A stretch of 64,000 nucleotides of DNA, from the NCBI GenBank assembly GCA_964016885.1, contig OZ024742.1, forward strand, positions 159,774,001 to 159,838,000. The letters are read 5' to 3'. The notes beneath the pieces are model-generated. The model was not told where the DNA came from. It was given only the letters and a program-made list of their open reading frames with translations, and did no database searches. How positions within the stretch are numbered: position 1 is the stretch's first letter; every line of letters starts with the position of its first letter. Source of the stretch: Eledone cirrhosa. Lineage: Eukaryota. Positions 50,967 through 63,973 of this stretch are shown here, one piece after another. The position numbers and the translations under genes are program-made.

Positions 50967-51377
50967 AAAGAAAGCTTGTTTGTACGTTGACCGCTAATAA
51001 CACTGAATAACATTGGTAATAATTAAAGTTTTTCCTATTTTCAACTAATGTGATCTCCGAAAATGGAATGGGGGGAACGAGTTGGGAGACCCTTGGATTT
51101 TCCCAGCCTCGGAGATTTCTTTAGTGGGTTTTTTTGTTTTTTTTTCGTTTGTTTTCGACAGAGCTGACATTCGACTCATTTGCCAACAACTCTTTTTTAT
51201 CCGAAAACGAAGACGGGGAGCACATATCAACTGTTTAAATTTATAGAAAAGCAATCCCTTGATACTGAAGGATGTTTTGATTCTTTATCATGTTGTGGAA
51301 AGCGTTGTAAACTTAATCAAGTGTCCCAATTTCGAAATTTCCCATTCCAACGAGTAGTGGGTGGGTGAAAAGGCAAT

Positions 51378-51545
51378 CCCAAAACATCACAGTGAATGCT
51401 ATAAAAAAATCTATTACAAATAGTTCCTGAAGGTAGCTTAACCTATAAATCTATATACATAGTTGTAGAAGAGAATGAAGCTGTCCATTATCCCGTTGAA
51501 TTTCTCAACAGTCTGGAACCATCCGGTATGCTGCTACACAACCCT
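51378..51545 (+). mobile_element. Helitron Pif1 helicase fragment
   Basis: Translates LLQIVPEGSLTYKSIYIVVEENEAVHYPVEFLNSLEPSGMLLHN, compared with YPVELLNLLEPPGLPPH at 40080. Confidence 0.75.
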
Positions 51546-51698
51546 GCATTAATTCATCAAAACGCAAATTTCCCAGTTTGTATAATTGTTCATATATCCA
51601 GTAAGCCTGGACTCCAAAAACCGAATACGTTCAACGTTATTGCCATCATTACCGTCAGTACGGTTTTACTAGTAGAAGTATAATTCTTTGTGTCTTAC

Positions 51699-52055
51699 CT
51701 TCAACCAAATAATATGATACTTTGAGTTTGTTAGATATAGAGAGCTTGTCTTTCCAGATATGTAACATTTGACATTTCTTATCCTCATATGTAAAAAATG
51801 TACAATCAGGTTTGTAGGAGCATTGCAGGGCACACTCTAATAGGTTGTAGACATTTAACACAGGATAGATGGGATTAGCACTCATAAAGCTATGTCCTGG
51901 CGGCAGTTGTCTATAAGACTGTGTCAGCGTCAGAGCTACGTTTTCCGAAAATTGCTTAGCAGTAATAATAATTACGAACTGTAATATTATTTTGGTAAAT
52001 TTTAAAGATGAGTTTGGTAACTCAGTGTCTGTATGAGATAATAATAGTTCCATAT
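51699..52055 (-). CDS. Host gene exon 1 (visible): PAN/Apple-like module
   Basis: TTACTTTTTACAG acceptor and GTAAGA donor, 357 nt, phase 1-1. ECALQCSYKPDCTFFTYEDKKCQM has PAN-type Cys spacing. An in-frame ATG at 52053 precedes a hydrophobic stretch. Confidence 0.78.
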
Positions 52056-53640
52056 CTGTAAAAAGTAATGGTAAATATTGTTTTGGTAATATCCAGTACA
52101 ATGCAAGTTAGAAATAAAGGAGTGAAAACAAGAGAAAAGTAAAACAAACAAAACAAAACAATTCACACAATTACCTTGTTTTATGATATTTCGGGGCTAG
52201 GGCCCTTTTTCAAAAGAAAGTAAATGGAATATAGGGGTGATGGTGAGCGGAGCTCTTCTGTACAGATAATGGGCTGGAAGGATGGTGACGTGCCCATAGT
52301 AGTATAATCATAATAACTAATCAGTTTCATATAACTCGTGTTTGCTGTTAATGAGAAGTCCGAAACTATTGATGAAGATATCCTCTTTGATTCATAACAA
52401 TAGTAAATATAATTGGTTGTTTAAAATTCTATCTTATTAGAAAAACTATTAAACATTATATATTTGATGTTTCACCGTTTCGCTTATGTGCTGCCAGGTT
52501 ATGGAAAACAAATAGTGTAATATGAAAGTGTGAGCGTCCCAAATACAGAAAATGACTGCTACAAATATTAGCTAAGAAAATCGAGTAAAATACCTTTGGA
52601 GTTAGAAAAAAATGGACAGAAGCGCTTCTATTCAGTTTTGTCAGTCCTTAAAAGTATTTAATCCGATTTTCGCCACTATTATTTATAATGATCAACTATT
52701 ATTACAGTCATTTTCTGCGTTTAGGATACTCGCACCTTCAAATTTCAAGTATTCCCAGTGTTCCCTAAATCATGGTAAGTTTGTTTAAATAGTGTAATAT
52801 CTATCTCGTAGTATAAAAGATAGTTTCAACTGTCAAGATACCTGTGTGTAATTTCCTACACCGATTCCCACAAACATTTTTGTTGTCTGATCTTGATGAA
52901 CTTTGAAATGTCACTTCAGACCTCCTTGAAATTTGCAGATACTGTGGCATATGTAGCATTGATAAGCGTGAATAGGTAGGTATGTTCTGTAGTCAGTAGG
53001 AAGGACCCTATTGTGCGTTCATTTGTGAGATCAAATACAGTCTGAGACAAACCGATTTTGCCACAAACTGTATAAGTAGAAAAAGTTGAGAGCTCACATT
53101 CCCTTACTGGCTGTTTTTTTTTTCCTTATTTTCTTCTATTTTCCTGTTTTGTTCAAAAGTGTTCACACTATCCCATATTTTTGAACGCCAGTTACATCGA
53201 TCAAATACGAGACTTTCCATATTTTTTATCAATTCCTATATTCTTCAGCATGGGATAAGCCAGGAGATGATGAACAGTGATTGAGCCACCATTGCCGACC
53301 CATCCACCAATGAGAGGCTGTTAAGGTTCAGAATTGTAACACTCAATGATAGTCGGGTACCATTTACTACTCATAGTCAATGCTATATTCACCGAAGATA
53401 AATGAATGTGAGGCTTCACATTTACGATGTAATTATCCTTAATTCGTGCATTCTAGCTGGTAACTGGGTGGACTACTTTTTTTATCGAACCCAGGCGCTC
53501 CAAACCTTACCCACATACCCTTACGTGCACTCACACGCTTATCTACACATTTTAAAGTAATATCGACTCTATTGAAGAAATTTCCACACTTCGTTATTTT
53601 TATTTCATATTATATATCTATTTTCACATTTTCTCCGATA

Positions 53641-53765
53641 CCCATGCCGGTGCAAAGCCGATAATAGTCTCAGGCCGGTGCAAAGTCCGATAATAGTGCC
53701 AATCCGGTGCAAATAGTCTCAGGCCGGTGCAGAGCTAGCCATAAGCCCATGCCGGTGCAAAGCTG
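53641..53765 (+). repeat. Short imperfect minisatellite (CCGGTGCA core x5)
   Basis: GCCGGTGCAAAG-like motif about every 19-31 bp. Confidence 0.75.
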
Positions 53766-54015
53766 GTAAAAGACCTCGACCGATGCAATGCTTGTAAATA
53801 GGCTCAGGTCAGATGTAAAACCTACCCCTATAACCAGAACAGAAGCTTTACGGTAGCACAATGAACCTTTCTGTAAATAGGTACCTTGCGAATGTGGGTT
53901 GACGGGTGTGTATATACTCTGAGGACAGGGATTTACTCTGAGGAGGGGGGTGGGGGTGCATTGGAGCCAATCTTTGAGATATAGTTCAATATATTTTCAG
54001 CGTTATGCAAAGCTA

Positions 54016-54201
54016 ATAATTGTTTCTACATTTGGCACAAGGCCTGCAATTACCCCAGTACATTACTAGTACTTTATCGACCCCGTAAGGATAAAAGGCA
54101 AAGTTAAAATCGGCGGGATTTGAACTAAGAATGTAAAGGGCCACAACTCTATGTGGTAAAGCATGGTGTCTGACACTCTACCGATACTGCCAATCCACCG
54201 C
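54016..54201 (-). mobile_element. tRNA-derived SINE
   Basis: Reverse complement of the 18368 family. Confidence 0.85.
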
Positions 54202-54404
54202 TAATCCAAAGCTAAGGTAAGATATAAAACGTAGAACCCCAAACTAGTAATATGCTGAAGTCAGATGAGAAATGTAGCACTCCGCCTCCCATTTCAAATT
54301 GGTCATTAAATAATTTAATGATCAGTGCTAAATACGTACATAGGACTTATTTATGAAGGACAAGTATACGTAGACATAGTGCACATATATATACTTGCGG
54401 TTTA

Positions 54405-54630
54405 GGGGTTAGGGGGTCGTGGGTTCATTTCCTGGACCGAGCGATGCGTTGTGTTCTTGAGCAAAACACTTCATTTTACGTTGTTCCAGTCAACTTAGCT
54501 GACACTTAGTACCAACAACAACTGGGGAAGGTATAAAGGTGTTCAGGGGTGACACTTGTATTCTAAGTCCCTTAAATGCCAATAGAACTGAATAAGCTCC
54601 GTCCTGATGAGCCTCCGAGTTCGGGAAAGA
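54405..54630 (+). mobile_element. Second SINE family (CORE-like)
   Basis: B-box-like GTGGGTTCATTTCC, then GTGTTCTTGAGCAAAACACTT, with ATAAGCTCCGTCCTGATGAGCC at the 3' end. Confidence 0.55.
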
Positions 54631-56124
54631 TTTTTTTTTTAGTATACATCAATTTTTTTCTTTCAAAGCAAGGCTCTCATATGTTTATTGCAAATAAACA
54701 TAACGTTTATGTTTTCATATACACTCCTATTATGAACAACGCTATGTTAGTGCTACCGCCAATTAATTATAACCAGCAAAGTTATCACTCGACAGCATTT
54801 TCACTCGACGTCTTCTATTTGTTATATGGAAATGAGCATCCCCAGCAAATTTCGACACACAAAATCTACATAGGCTTTAGCCTATTTTCGTCTGAATACT
54901 AGCTGAACGAGTGTCACTGATAAGAGATTAACGAAACTTAAAATAACTATCTGGTCACAGGTCACTAAGATGAAAAAATCATTTTCATATTAAACATTAT
55001 TTTTTTCCTCATGTGTTTATTGTATATAAACATATATCGTATATGTTTTCATATACATCCATATTGTGAACAACGTTATGTTAGTGTCACTGCCAATTAA
55101 CTAACCGAACAGAATAATAGATTTACAACTTGAAAAGTTGAAAATCCATAGGACCCTATTGGCCCACCTATTACTTCCCTAATTGACTTGCACCTACTTC
55201 AACCGTTCTTGCAAACAGTGTTCGATTTTTATCGTCTAAACTCATAAGAAAAAGTTTGCCCCCTATTATTACTGTAGTCATGAATGTAGACATGGCTGTA
55301 GTTAAGAAGTTTACTGTAAAACCTTGAGTAACTTTACCATAGCCTCGCTTCAAAACCTTGAGTAACTTTACCATAACCTCGGATTGACCCGAGACTTGTT
55401 TGTAAAATTAGATAAACTGAAACGGTATGGAAGCCTATTTCTTAGGCTGATTCAGCTCGGGGAATTACGCCAAATGTATGCGAAATAATATTCAACCACT
55501 TACACCTTAATCTATGAGTTAGACCAGACACGGACAGTCTTTTTTAAGCAGTTGGCCGCATAGGATAGATCTTATCATATGGCGGGCCGCACTACTAAAA
55601 ACATTTAGGGTAGTTTTGAAATTAGGCGTGTTATTCAGAAATCCAAACGGGCTGCAGGCCGCAATTTTCCCATGACCGAGATAGACGTTCAGTTGATCGA
55701 ACAACTGAACGTTCATTGTCGAAATGACGGAGTACTCATTGTCCACAGTCATAAGAATATTGTTTATTATATGTGTTTATATTTTCATTCTGAAAGAATT
55801 GTGAACAATTTGTAGTGTTATTTATACAACTGTGAATAAAATATTTTACATTGCTCTATATTTACTATTATACTTTCCTGGAAAAGGCTTTATCTCACAT
55901 AATTATCTCACATTATATCAAATCTATCAGATATTGATATTATTTATTTTGAGAACAACACCTTAATATCAGTATGAGTGGCCGGTTACAGCCAGTTTGA
56001 ACAGAAAGAGGTGGGAGAATTCTGGCCGGATACGGTCGGTTTAAATGCTAAAGGGTTAAATATACTACCTGAAAGCCTTTTATCTGATGTTCTAACGATT
56101 CTGCCGATCGACACATGTAAAAGA

Positions 56125-56325
56125 ATAGTTTCTAATTTTGGCACAAGGCCAGCAATTTGAGAGGCTGAGAAAGTCGCTTATATCGACACCAGTACTTGAG
56201 TGCTACTTTTTATCGACCCAAGAAAAATGAAAGGCAAAGTAGATTGCGATAAGATTTGAACGCAGAACGTAAAGAATCGGAAGAAATGCCGCAAAACATT
56301 TTATCCGATGCTCTAACAATTCTGT
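56125..56325 (-). mobile_element. Older tRNA-derived SINE copy
   Basis: GGCACAAGGCCAGCAATT...TTTATCGACCC...ATGAAAGGCAAAGT...GATTTGAAC. Confidence 0.75.
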
Positions 56326-56880
56326 TTATCAACACCAATAAAAGGATAAAATAATAAATCTATTACTTCCTACCTGATTACTTGTTCAGAGGTATTTTGT
56401 AAAGGTTTTATGTTAGTCTTTGTTTTCAGTTCGTCCTAGATTGTTAACACGTTTGTTACTGAACTGCCTGAAACCAGCTCCCGCCTTGGATAGACAACTG
56501 TTTATTCTAAAGTGTTCAGATTTATCTAAAAAGCCTCCGTCATAAATATTTTTATGTAATAACTGTTAAGTTATGCTTCAAATACTGGTTAACTAATGGA
56601 TGAGTTAGTTAAATTACTAAACAACTCCAGATCTTGATTATACTGTAAATTATTTGAAAATCAGAGACAGTCCTTCAATTAGAAGTGTTATAACACAACG
56701 TAAAACAACCATAACACTGTGAAATTTATATATTTGTATCAACCGCTCGATATTTTATGTTGCTGTGTTAGTGTTGCTGGTGTTGCTCTGCATCAATGGA
56801 TCGGTAAAATCAAGAATGAATGCTATTAGTGTTAACACAATATTTTTTTTATTAAATGTTATAGATTTTTACATATTAAC

Positions 56881-57162
<282 letters not shown>

Positions 57163-57165
<3 letters not shown>

Positions 57166-57248
57166 GGAACCAGTAAGACCCCGACAGCTGAGCTCAAGCC
57201 GTTTCGAAACGGCTTGAGCTCAGCTGTCGGGGTCTTACTGGTTCCTAT
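57163..57248. repeat. Perfect 86-bp palindrome centred on TTTC|GAAA (3' half of a hammerhead)
   Basis: Centre is 57205/57206. The right arm reads GAAA-CGGC-TTGAGCTCA-GCTG-TC-GGGGTC. Confidence 0.88.
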
Positions 57249-57353
57249 TACCCACTCTACTACCTCAAGTATTGAGTACTTTGGTGCGTTATGGTCCACC
57301 TGGTTCCTTACCACATTTCCTTCGTTATATATATATATATATATATATATATA

Positions 57354-58150
57354 CTAGCAGTGTATCCCGGCGTTGCACGGGTAAGAACATTGGTAATAGC
57401 ACCTCCAATGAGAAACGTTTATTTGTGAGTGCCTCTTACGAAATTATACCGACAGGAAACTTGTTTTATTTGGAGAAATTAAGAAGTTGAAAGTACAGTT
57501 TAGCTGTCTACGTGCATTGTTCATAGAAATATTGTTGAGACCCTTCTTTTCATACTCCTCTGTTTTGGCCTATTGGAGTAAATGTGAAAGAGAACGTCAC
57601 AGGTTAAGTTGGCAGAAGGTTCCAGTGTCATAGCAGTAAGGCGTAGGTTACTTACCTCAAAAGTTCATTCGCACTCTTTCCACTAAGTTACTCTTTCTCT
57701 CTATCCCTCTCGGTACAGTCCCTTGCGTATTTCTCGCGTAGGCCTGGTGTAGATTTGCACCCGATCCATATACCCGATGCACATGTCCACTTTGTACGGC
57801 TTTTGGAGGAAGGAGTGACCAGCAGTACGTTGTTCGGTATTATTACGAAAAGGTGTAGCAGAGAATCCCGCGTGAACTCTAAGCATAATTTTAACGTTTC
57901 TAATTGCTAATCGTAATTTCTGAACATACAATGTACTGTGCTGAGGCCATATATATAGCTTTGTTGAGGAAATACCTTTTTTGAAAAAATATTTTTCGCA
58001 GCACTTTCTAGCAATCATGACCAGCTTGAATGTAACCTGATCTCACCGCTGGCCTCTGTCTTTGACATGTTGGTAGTAGTACACTATAAGCCTACGGCCC
58101 TCCACCACAAGGACGTAAGTAGACTTAATAATCATCACTTGAGGACGGTT
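57354..58150 (-). mobile_element. Helitron-derived element, 3' terminus visible
   Basis: Minus strand reads CCCGTGCAACGCCGGG-ATACACTG-CTAG|T, the same terminus type as 40839-40866. The 5' extent is uncertain. Confidence 0.65.
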
Positions 58151-58156
58151 GACAAA

Positions 58157-58790
58157 CTGTTGAACAAATGAGCAACGATGGTTGCTAGACACTACGGCTT
58201 AATTAGGGATGTTTGTTTACAAACACACCGATCATTATAATAAATGTTCGGTGAAAACATACGTATATATATATGTGTGTGCATGTATGTATATATATAT
58301 ACATACTGCTGTACGTCTGTATACATATATGTATGTACGTATACATACTTATATTTAAGTAACAGTCGTACTAAGAGTGGGAAATGAAATTTCGTTTCAT
58401 TTTTTCCGTTTATCGTTTTCGGTGTGCCTGGACGATTAACTCACTCGATATGCGAATTAGGCTGCTCAGCCGTTAATATGCATAAGGAAAGTATATACTT
58501 TCAGACATTCAATCATCTGGCAGGAAGGTATACGTTGCTGACGATAGCTAATAAGCTTGAAACTAGTACAGCGTTCCTTTGTCAGTGTTGAACAAATGAG
58601 AAAACGATGGTTGCTGGACACTGTACGGGTTAATTCGGGATGATTGTTTACAAACACACCGAGCATTATAATAAATGTTCGGTGAATCCATACGTACATA
58701 TATATATGTGTGCATGTATGTATATATATATACATACTACTGTACGTCTGTATACATATGTGTATGTACGTATACATACTTACATATATA
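58157..58790 (+). mobile_element. 426-bp HHR element locus 3 (~1.5 tandem units, more diverged)
   Basis: Homologous to 81-560, with the HHR at 58532-58574 unchanged. Confidence 0.85.
58532..58574 (+). ncRNA. Type I minimal hammerhead (426-bp family)
   Basis: ACGTTG-CTGACGA-TAGCTAATAAGCTT-GAAA-CTAG-TA-CAGCGT. Confidence 0.88.
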
Positions 58791-58871
58791 TGTGTGTGTA
58801 TATATATACATATATTTTTTGTGTCTATTTATATATATGTATATGTATATATATATGTGTATATGTGTTTG

Positions 58872-58945
<74 letters not shown>

Positions 58946-58949
<4 letters not shown>

Positions 58950-59349
58950 AACGTTTGTATATGTATAATAAAGCCAAAACAATGCAGGTATGGACATAGA
59001 ATAAAGAATGCGATGCAAAAGATATTGTTGACAATTAGTCTTTTACCTTAGATTTATTTAAATGTCCTTAATTTTCGAGATAATATCTCTTCTTCAGAGG
59101 GAAGTAAAGCGGTTAAACCAGTGTTATAAATAGCTTGCCAAGTCATGCATGACTTGGCAAGCTATTTATAACACTGGTTTAACCGCTTTACTTCCCTCTG
59201 AAGAAGAGATATTATCTCGAAAATTAAGGACATTTAAATAAATCTAAGGTAAAAGACTAATTGTCAACAATATCTTTTGCATCGCATTCTTTATTCTATG
59301 TCCATACCTGCATTGTTTTGGCTTTATTATACATATACAAACGTTTATA
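58946..59349. mobile_element. Perfect loop-less 404-bp palindrome with HHR-like motif on each arm
   Basis: Centre is ATG|CAT at 59147/59148. CCT-CTGAAGA-A-GAGAT-ATT-ATCTC-GAAA-AT-TA-AGG lies at 59195-59229 with its mirror at 59066-59100. Confidence 0.88.
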
Positions 59350-59387
59350 CCTCATTACACAATGCTTCAAGTGAACTATAACCTCCT

Positions 59388-59389
<2 letters not shown>

Positions 59390-59469
<80 letters not shown>

Positions 59470-59532
59470 TATATATATATATGTGTATATATGTGTATAT
59501 ATATGTGTATATATATATATATGTATATATAA

Positions 59533-59601
<69 letters not shown>

Positions 59602-59622
59602 TATGTGTGTGTGTGTGTGTGT
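59390..59622. repeat. (TA)n(TG)n microsatellite
   Basis: Read directly. Confidence 0.95.
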
Positions 59623-59915
59623 GAATGTAGCGAAGATAATACGTCAGCAATGACGTGTTCGTCAGAATGTCGTTATGCAGACAGCCAGACATACATACAG
59701 ATATTATAAGGGCTCGACGGAGATCGATAACCGGCGCCTAACACCCCTTTAACAACAGAAAATTGAAAAATAAAAGCTGCAGTTAATATCTTTAGACTGC
59801 AAGGAATATATAAATGCAAGTTTGTAGTCAATCGGAGTAGAAATGTGGATGTGTATAGACTTTGCAAAAATGAGGACACACACACACAGACAAAAGAGAG
59901 CTGGGTGGCCGTCAA

Positions 59916-60940
59916 TCAAGCCCTGTCGGCTCGTGAGAGTCTGGAGTTGAAGAAGCCTGGACCTGATGGTGGAGCGGATGGCCGGCGGGTGGGTCGGTGA
60001 CTGAGGATGAGGACATCCTCTTTGGGGGTCACCTGAACCTGGTATGGAATGGACCGCACGTCCAAAACGGAGGCTGCAAAGCTCGCAGCATCGAGGCTGA
60101 CATTCACCACCTCCGACTTTGCCGAGTTGACCTGGAGGCCGATTCCCGCCAGGGCAGGAACCACCGATTGAAGGTCATGGCAGACCGTCCGTCCCACAGT
60201 GGTGCCTGACTCCATGCTCTGCACTTCTTCTCCACTGGCACGCAGCTAGACAACCATAGCCTGCGCATCAGCGTTTCTCTGAGGCTTGGCCTCCAGATCT
60301 GCCAGCCAGACCAATGTCGCGGTTCCACCGTGGTTCTTTCGGCCTCCACCCGCTTTCCTGTCGCCACAGTGCCGGCCGCATTCCACGCCATGCTGCCCTC
60401 AACGAGGTCATTAAGCATGGCTTGGACGCTGAAGGCTTCCCTTCCCAGCTCGAGCCGGTGGGGCTGGATCGAGAGACAGCAAAAGGCCAGATGGCATGAC
60501 CATCTTCCCGTTCTGCGGTGGCAAACCCCTCGTCTGGGATGCCACTTGCATCGACACTTTCTGCAGCCGCAAGCTGGTGCAGTCTGTGACTGACCCAGGT
60601 TCTGCTACACGTTGGACTGAGGAGGCCAAACTCCTCAAATACCGGTTGCTCTCCGACAGGTTTGCGGTCCTACCACTGGCAGTGGAGACTTCTGGTGTCC
60701 TCGGCACCAGGGCTACCTCCTTACTCACCACCATAGGCGCTGAGCTGGCCAGCCGCAGGTGTGAGCCCCGCGAATTGGAGTGGCTTTTCCAGCGCGTCTC
60801 CCTTGCCGTCCTCCGAGGAAACGCCTTCTCCATTCTGTTCGCCGGGGTTGTGGGTGGGCCGCATCGCGTATCAGGCCGATAAATAAAGTACCAATCCGAC
60901 ATTGGTTTCGATTCTCCACCCACCTTTTCTCTCTTTCTAA
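59916..60940 (+). mobile_element. CRE-clade (RLE) non-LTR retrotransposon 3' fragment with inverted RT piece
   Basis: Minus 59916-60224 encodes GLQVNSAKSEVV (RT). The plus strand has the HPLSC...RH..LN zinc finger and RPDG-T..P...GKPLVWDATC..K..KY...PLAVETSG RLE motifs. AATAAA follows the stop. Confidence 0.82.
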
Positions 60941-61011
60941 CACGCACACAGATTTATATATATATATATATATACATATATATATTTATTTTTTCATATA
61001 TATATATATAT

Positions 61012-61322
<311 letters not shown>

Positions 61323-61481
61323 ATTAGGATTTAGCTTCATGCATAGCTGTATACAGATATGTATAGAAATTTCGTATTTCTAAAGAAATACAGTATGTTT
61401 ACAGGTAAACATTTAGAAAGCCGTAGCTAGGCAAAAAACACCTGGGCAAATCCCTCTGGTGGTGTCCAGCAGAAGCAACGG

Positions 61482-61537
61482 GGGCAATCGTTGATGCATT
61501 TCGAACTGAACTGGTTCTTAACAGGACGATCCCGCCC
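61482..61537 (-). ncRNA. Degenerate minimal hammerhead in a ~340-bp unit with short terminal direct repeats (61320/61659)
   Basis: Minus strand reads GGGCG-GGATCGTC-CTGTTAA-GAAC-CAGTTCA-GTTC-GAAA-TGCA-TC-AACGATT-GCCC. The core has two substitutions. Confidence 0.55.
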
Positions 61538-61709
61538 ACACTTGCGACAGCTAGACTGCGAAATAGTCGAGAATATAGTTTTCTCGTCTGTGTAAATGAG
61601 GTGATTAATCTCATTTGCATACGAAGCTGCATAAGTTGGCTCAACTTATAATAGAATAGAATTAGGATTTGATTTCAGGTTAAATATATATATATATATA
61701 TATTCAAGT

Positions 61710-61965
61710 AATTTTGAAAACCAAAAATGTACTAGAAAGAAAATTAAAATTGCTAAGATAACAAAAGCATCTTACCTTAGCAAATTTAATAATCCCAAAT
61801 ATTTAAAAACACATTAACTTAAATCTGCCTTCCAAACATGTCAACTCCCATCGATTCTTTAAGTCTCTCATAGGGATACTCCCTTGATAATAGGTTTTTA
61901 TTTGGGATTATTAAATTTGCTAAGGTAAGGTTTTTCTTTCTAGTGCATTGTTTGGTTTTGAAATT
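61710..61965. repeat. Imperfect fold-back repeat
   Basis: CTTACCTTAGCAAATTTAATAATCCCAAATA is the inverse of TATTTGGGATTATTAAATTTGCTAAGGTAAG. Confidence 0.75.
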
Positions 61966-62242
61966 CGTGTTTTCTATTCAACAATGCTTCAAGCAACTAC
62001 AACACTCTGTTATATCTATATAACAGGTTAAAATGACAGGAAGCCAAATATCTTGACTTTCCTTAATTATTTCTTTCTGAAAACACTATGCACATTTATA
62101 TGGCTGCAGACTCTGCTAATAGTATTGCAATCACTTGTCAGATTCAGATGAGTGACGCTCGGATAGGGCTTTTCAAGCCTGCTAGAGACTTGCACTCCTT
62201 CACACACTGACAACTATGGATCTCCCTGGCCTCAGGTCTTGC

Positions 62243-62319
<77 letters not shown>

Positions 62320-62322
<3 letters not shown>

Positions 62323-62553
62323 ATTGAATATAAAAGGAAGACGAACACAGATATATGCATATATGTGTTCAAATCTTAAGGGACCAGATTCGCTAAGCAA
62401 ATCTGGCCCCTTATGATTTGAACACATATATGTATATATCTGTGTTCGTCTTCCTTTTATATTCAATTATAAAACACGGCTCGGAAAAATTTCTTTCCTA
62501 CAGCTATTTTATTGTAAGTGACTATTTTGAGTTTCTAACTCAATATATACCTT

Positions 62554-62560
<7 letters not shown>
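62320..62560. repeat. Fold-back copy of the 4128-4492 family (~150-bp hairpin), TA-flanked
   Basis: TAATTGAATATAAAAGGAAGACGAACAC is the inverse of GTGTTCGTCTTCCTTTTATATTCAATTA. Confidence 0.8.
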
Positions 62561-62597
<37 letters not shown>

Positions 62598-62679
62598 TAT
62601 CCCAAGTATTGAGTACTCTGGTGTGTTATGGTCAACCTGGTATCTTATCACACCTTCTTTATTATATATATATATATAT

Positions 62680-62858
62680 AATTGTTTCTACTTTAGGCAC
62701 AAGGCCAGCAATTACCCAGTGCATTACTGGTACTTTATTTTATCGACCCCGTAAGGATGAAAGGCAAAGTCAACCTCGGCGGGATTTGAACTCAGATCGT
62801 AAAGGCACGTAACTATGCTGCAAAGCATGGCGTCGGACCCTCTACCGATAGTGCCAAT
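62680..62858 (-). mobile_element. tRNA-derived SINE
   Basis: Reverse complement of the 18368 family. Confidence 0.85.
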
Positions 62859-62969
62859 AAGTACAGATTAAAGTTTAAGCAAAGAATCGCTGCTTTCACC
62901 CTTTTGCGGGATCTTCTGTACTTATAATAAATATTTGTTCTACGGGTTCATATATATATATATATATAT

Positions 62970-63964
62970 GAAGCTCGTTGAAAAAGTAAATTTCCAGTCC
63001 GCTTATTCTAGAAGTCTTATATATTTATATGTGAGCTGATAGAGTACAGTCTAAGGATTTACAGAAACCCAAGAAGCTAGATTTAACACCTTTCTAGCGG
63101 GTCCGGGTATGATTTTACATTCATTTAAATTATTGATTTATTGATTTATTGATATTTTTTATCTGATTGTCCCGAATCTTCTATTATCGATTTTTTTATC
63201 GTATGGTTGATTTTAGACTTGTTCTATGTGTGACGGTATTTTAACGATAGTTATAGCTCTGATTCATCTGAATTATTGAGCCCTCTGCCGCTCATTTCGA
63301 ATTTTGTTTATCGTGAACTCGTGCGCCGATTTTTCGATACTCGATCATTCTAATATTTTTAGCTCTGGACATAGCTTTCCACCAGTTAATTTTATTGCTC
63401 ATTTTTTGTCGATTCTATTGAGTGATGAATAGCTCCTGTTTTATTTTAACATGTCTATTGAGCACTTTTATTCGATATGTGTATTTCCACATTTCCTCGA
63501 ATAGTTTTCGCGGATGTAGAGGTTATCTCCCTTGCCGGATTCCATGTGCGTATTTTGCTAGTAGTTAGCCTCTTATCCGCTAGGACGAAGCTCGTTGAAA
63601 AAGTAAATTTCCAGTCCGCTTATTCTAGAAGTCTTATATATTTATATGTGAGCTGATAGAGTACAGTCTAAGGATTTACAGAAACCCAAGAAGCTAGATT
63701 TAACACCTTTCTAGCGGGTCCGGGTATGATTTTACATTCATTTAAATTATTGATTTATTGATTTATTGATATTTTTTATCTGATTGTCCCGAATCTTCTA
63801 TTATCGATTTTTTTATCGTATGGTTGATTTTAGACTTGTTCTATGTGTGACGGTATTTTAACGATAGTTATAGCTCTGATTCATCTGAATTATTGAGCCC
63901 TCTGCCGCTCATTTCGAATTTTGTTTATCGTGAACTCGTGCGCCGATTTTTCGATACTCGATCA

Positions 63965-63973
<9 letters not shown>
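62970..63973. repeat. 617-bp direct tandem repeat (1.6 copies), TA-flanked
   Basis: GAAGCTCGTTGAAAAAG at 62970 and 63587. The copies look identical. Confidence 0.9.

Noticed and set aside
53641-53765. CRISPR-like appearance of repeat-spacer pattern
   Set aside because: Eukaryotic context, repeats too short, spacers not unique, no cas genes.
54598-54635. CTGATGA...GAAA in SINE 3' part
   Set aside because: No stem I or stem III pairing.
59625-59695. Minus-strand CTGACGA + ACGTCA/TGACGT hairpin
   Set aside because: No GAAA after the hairpin.
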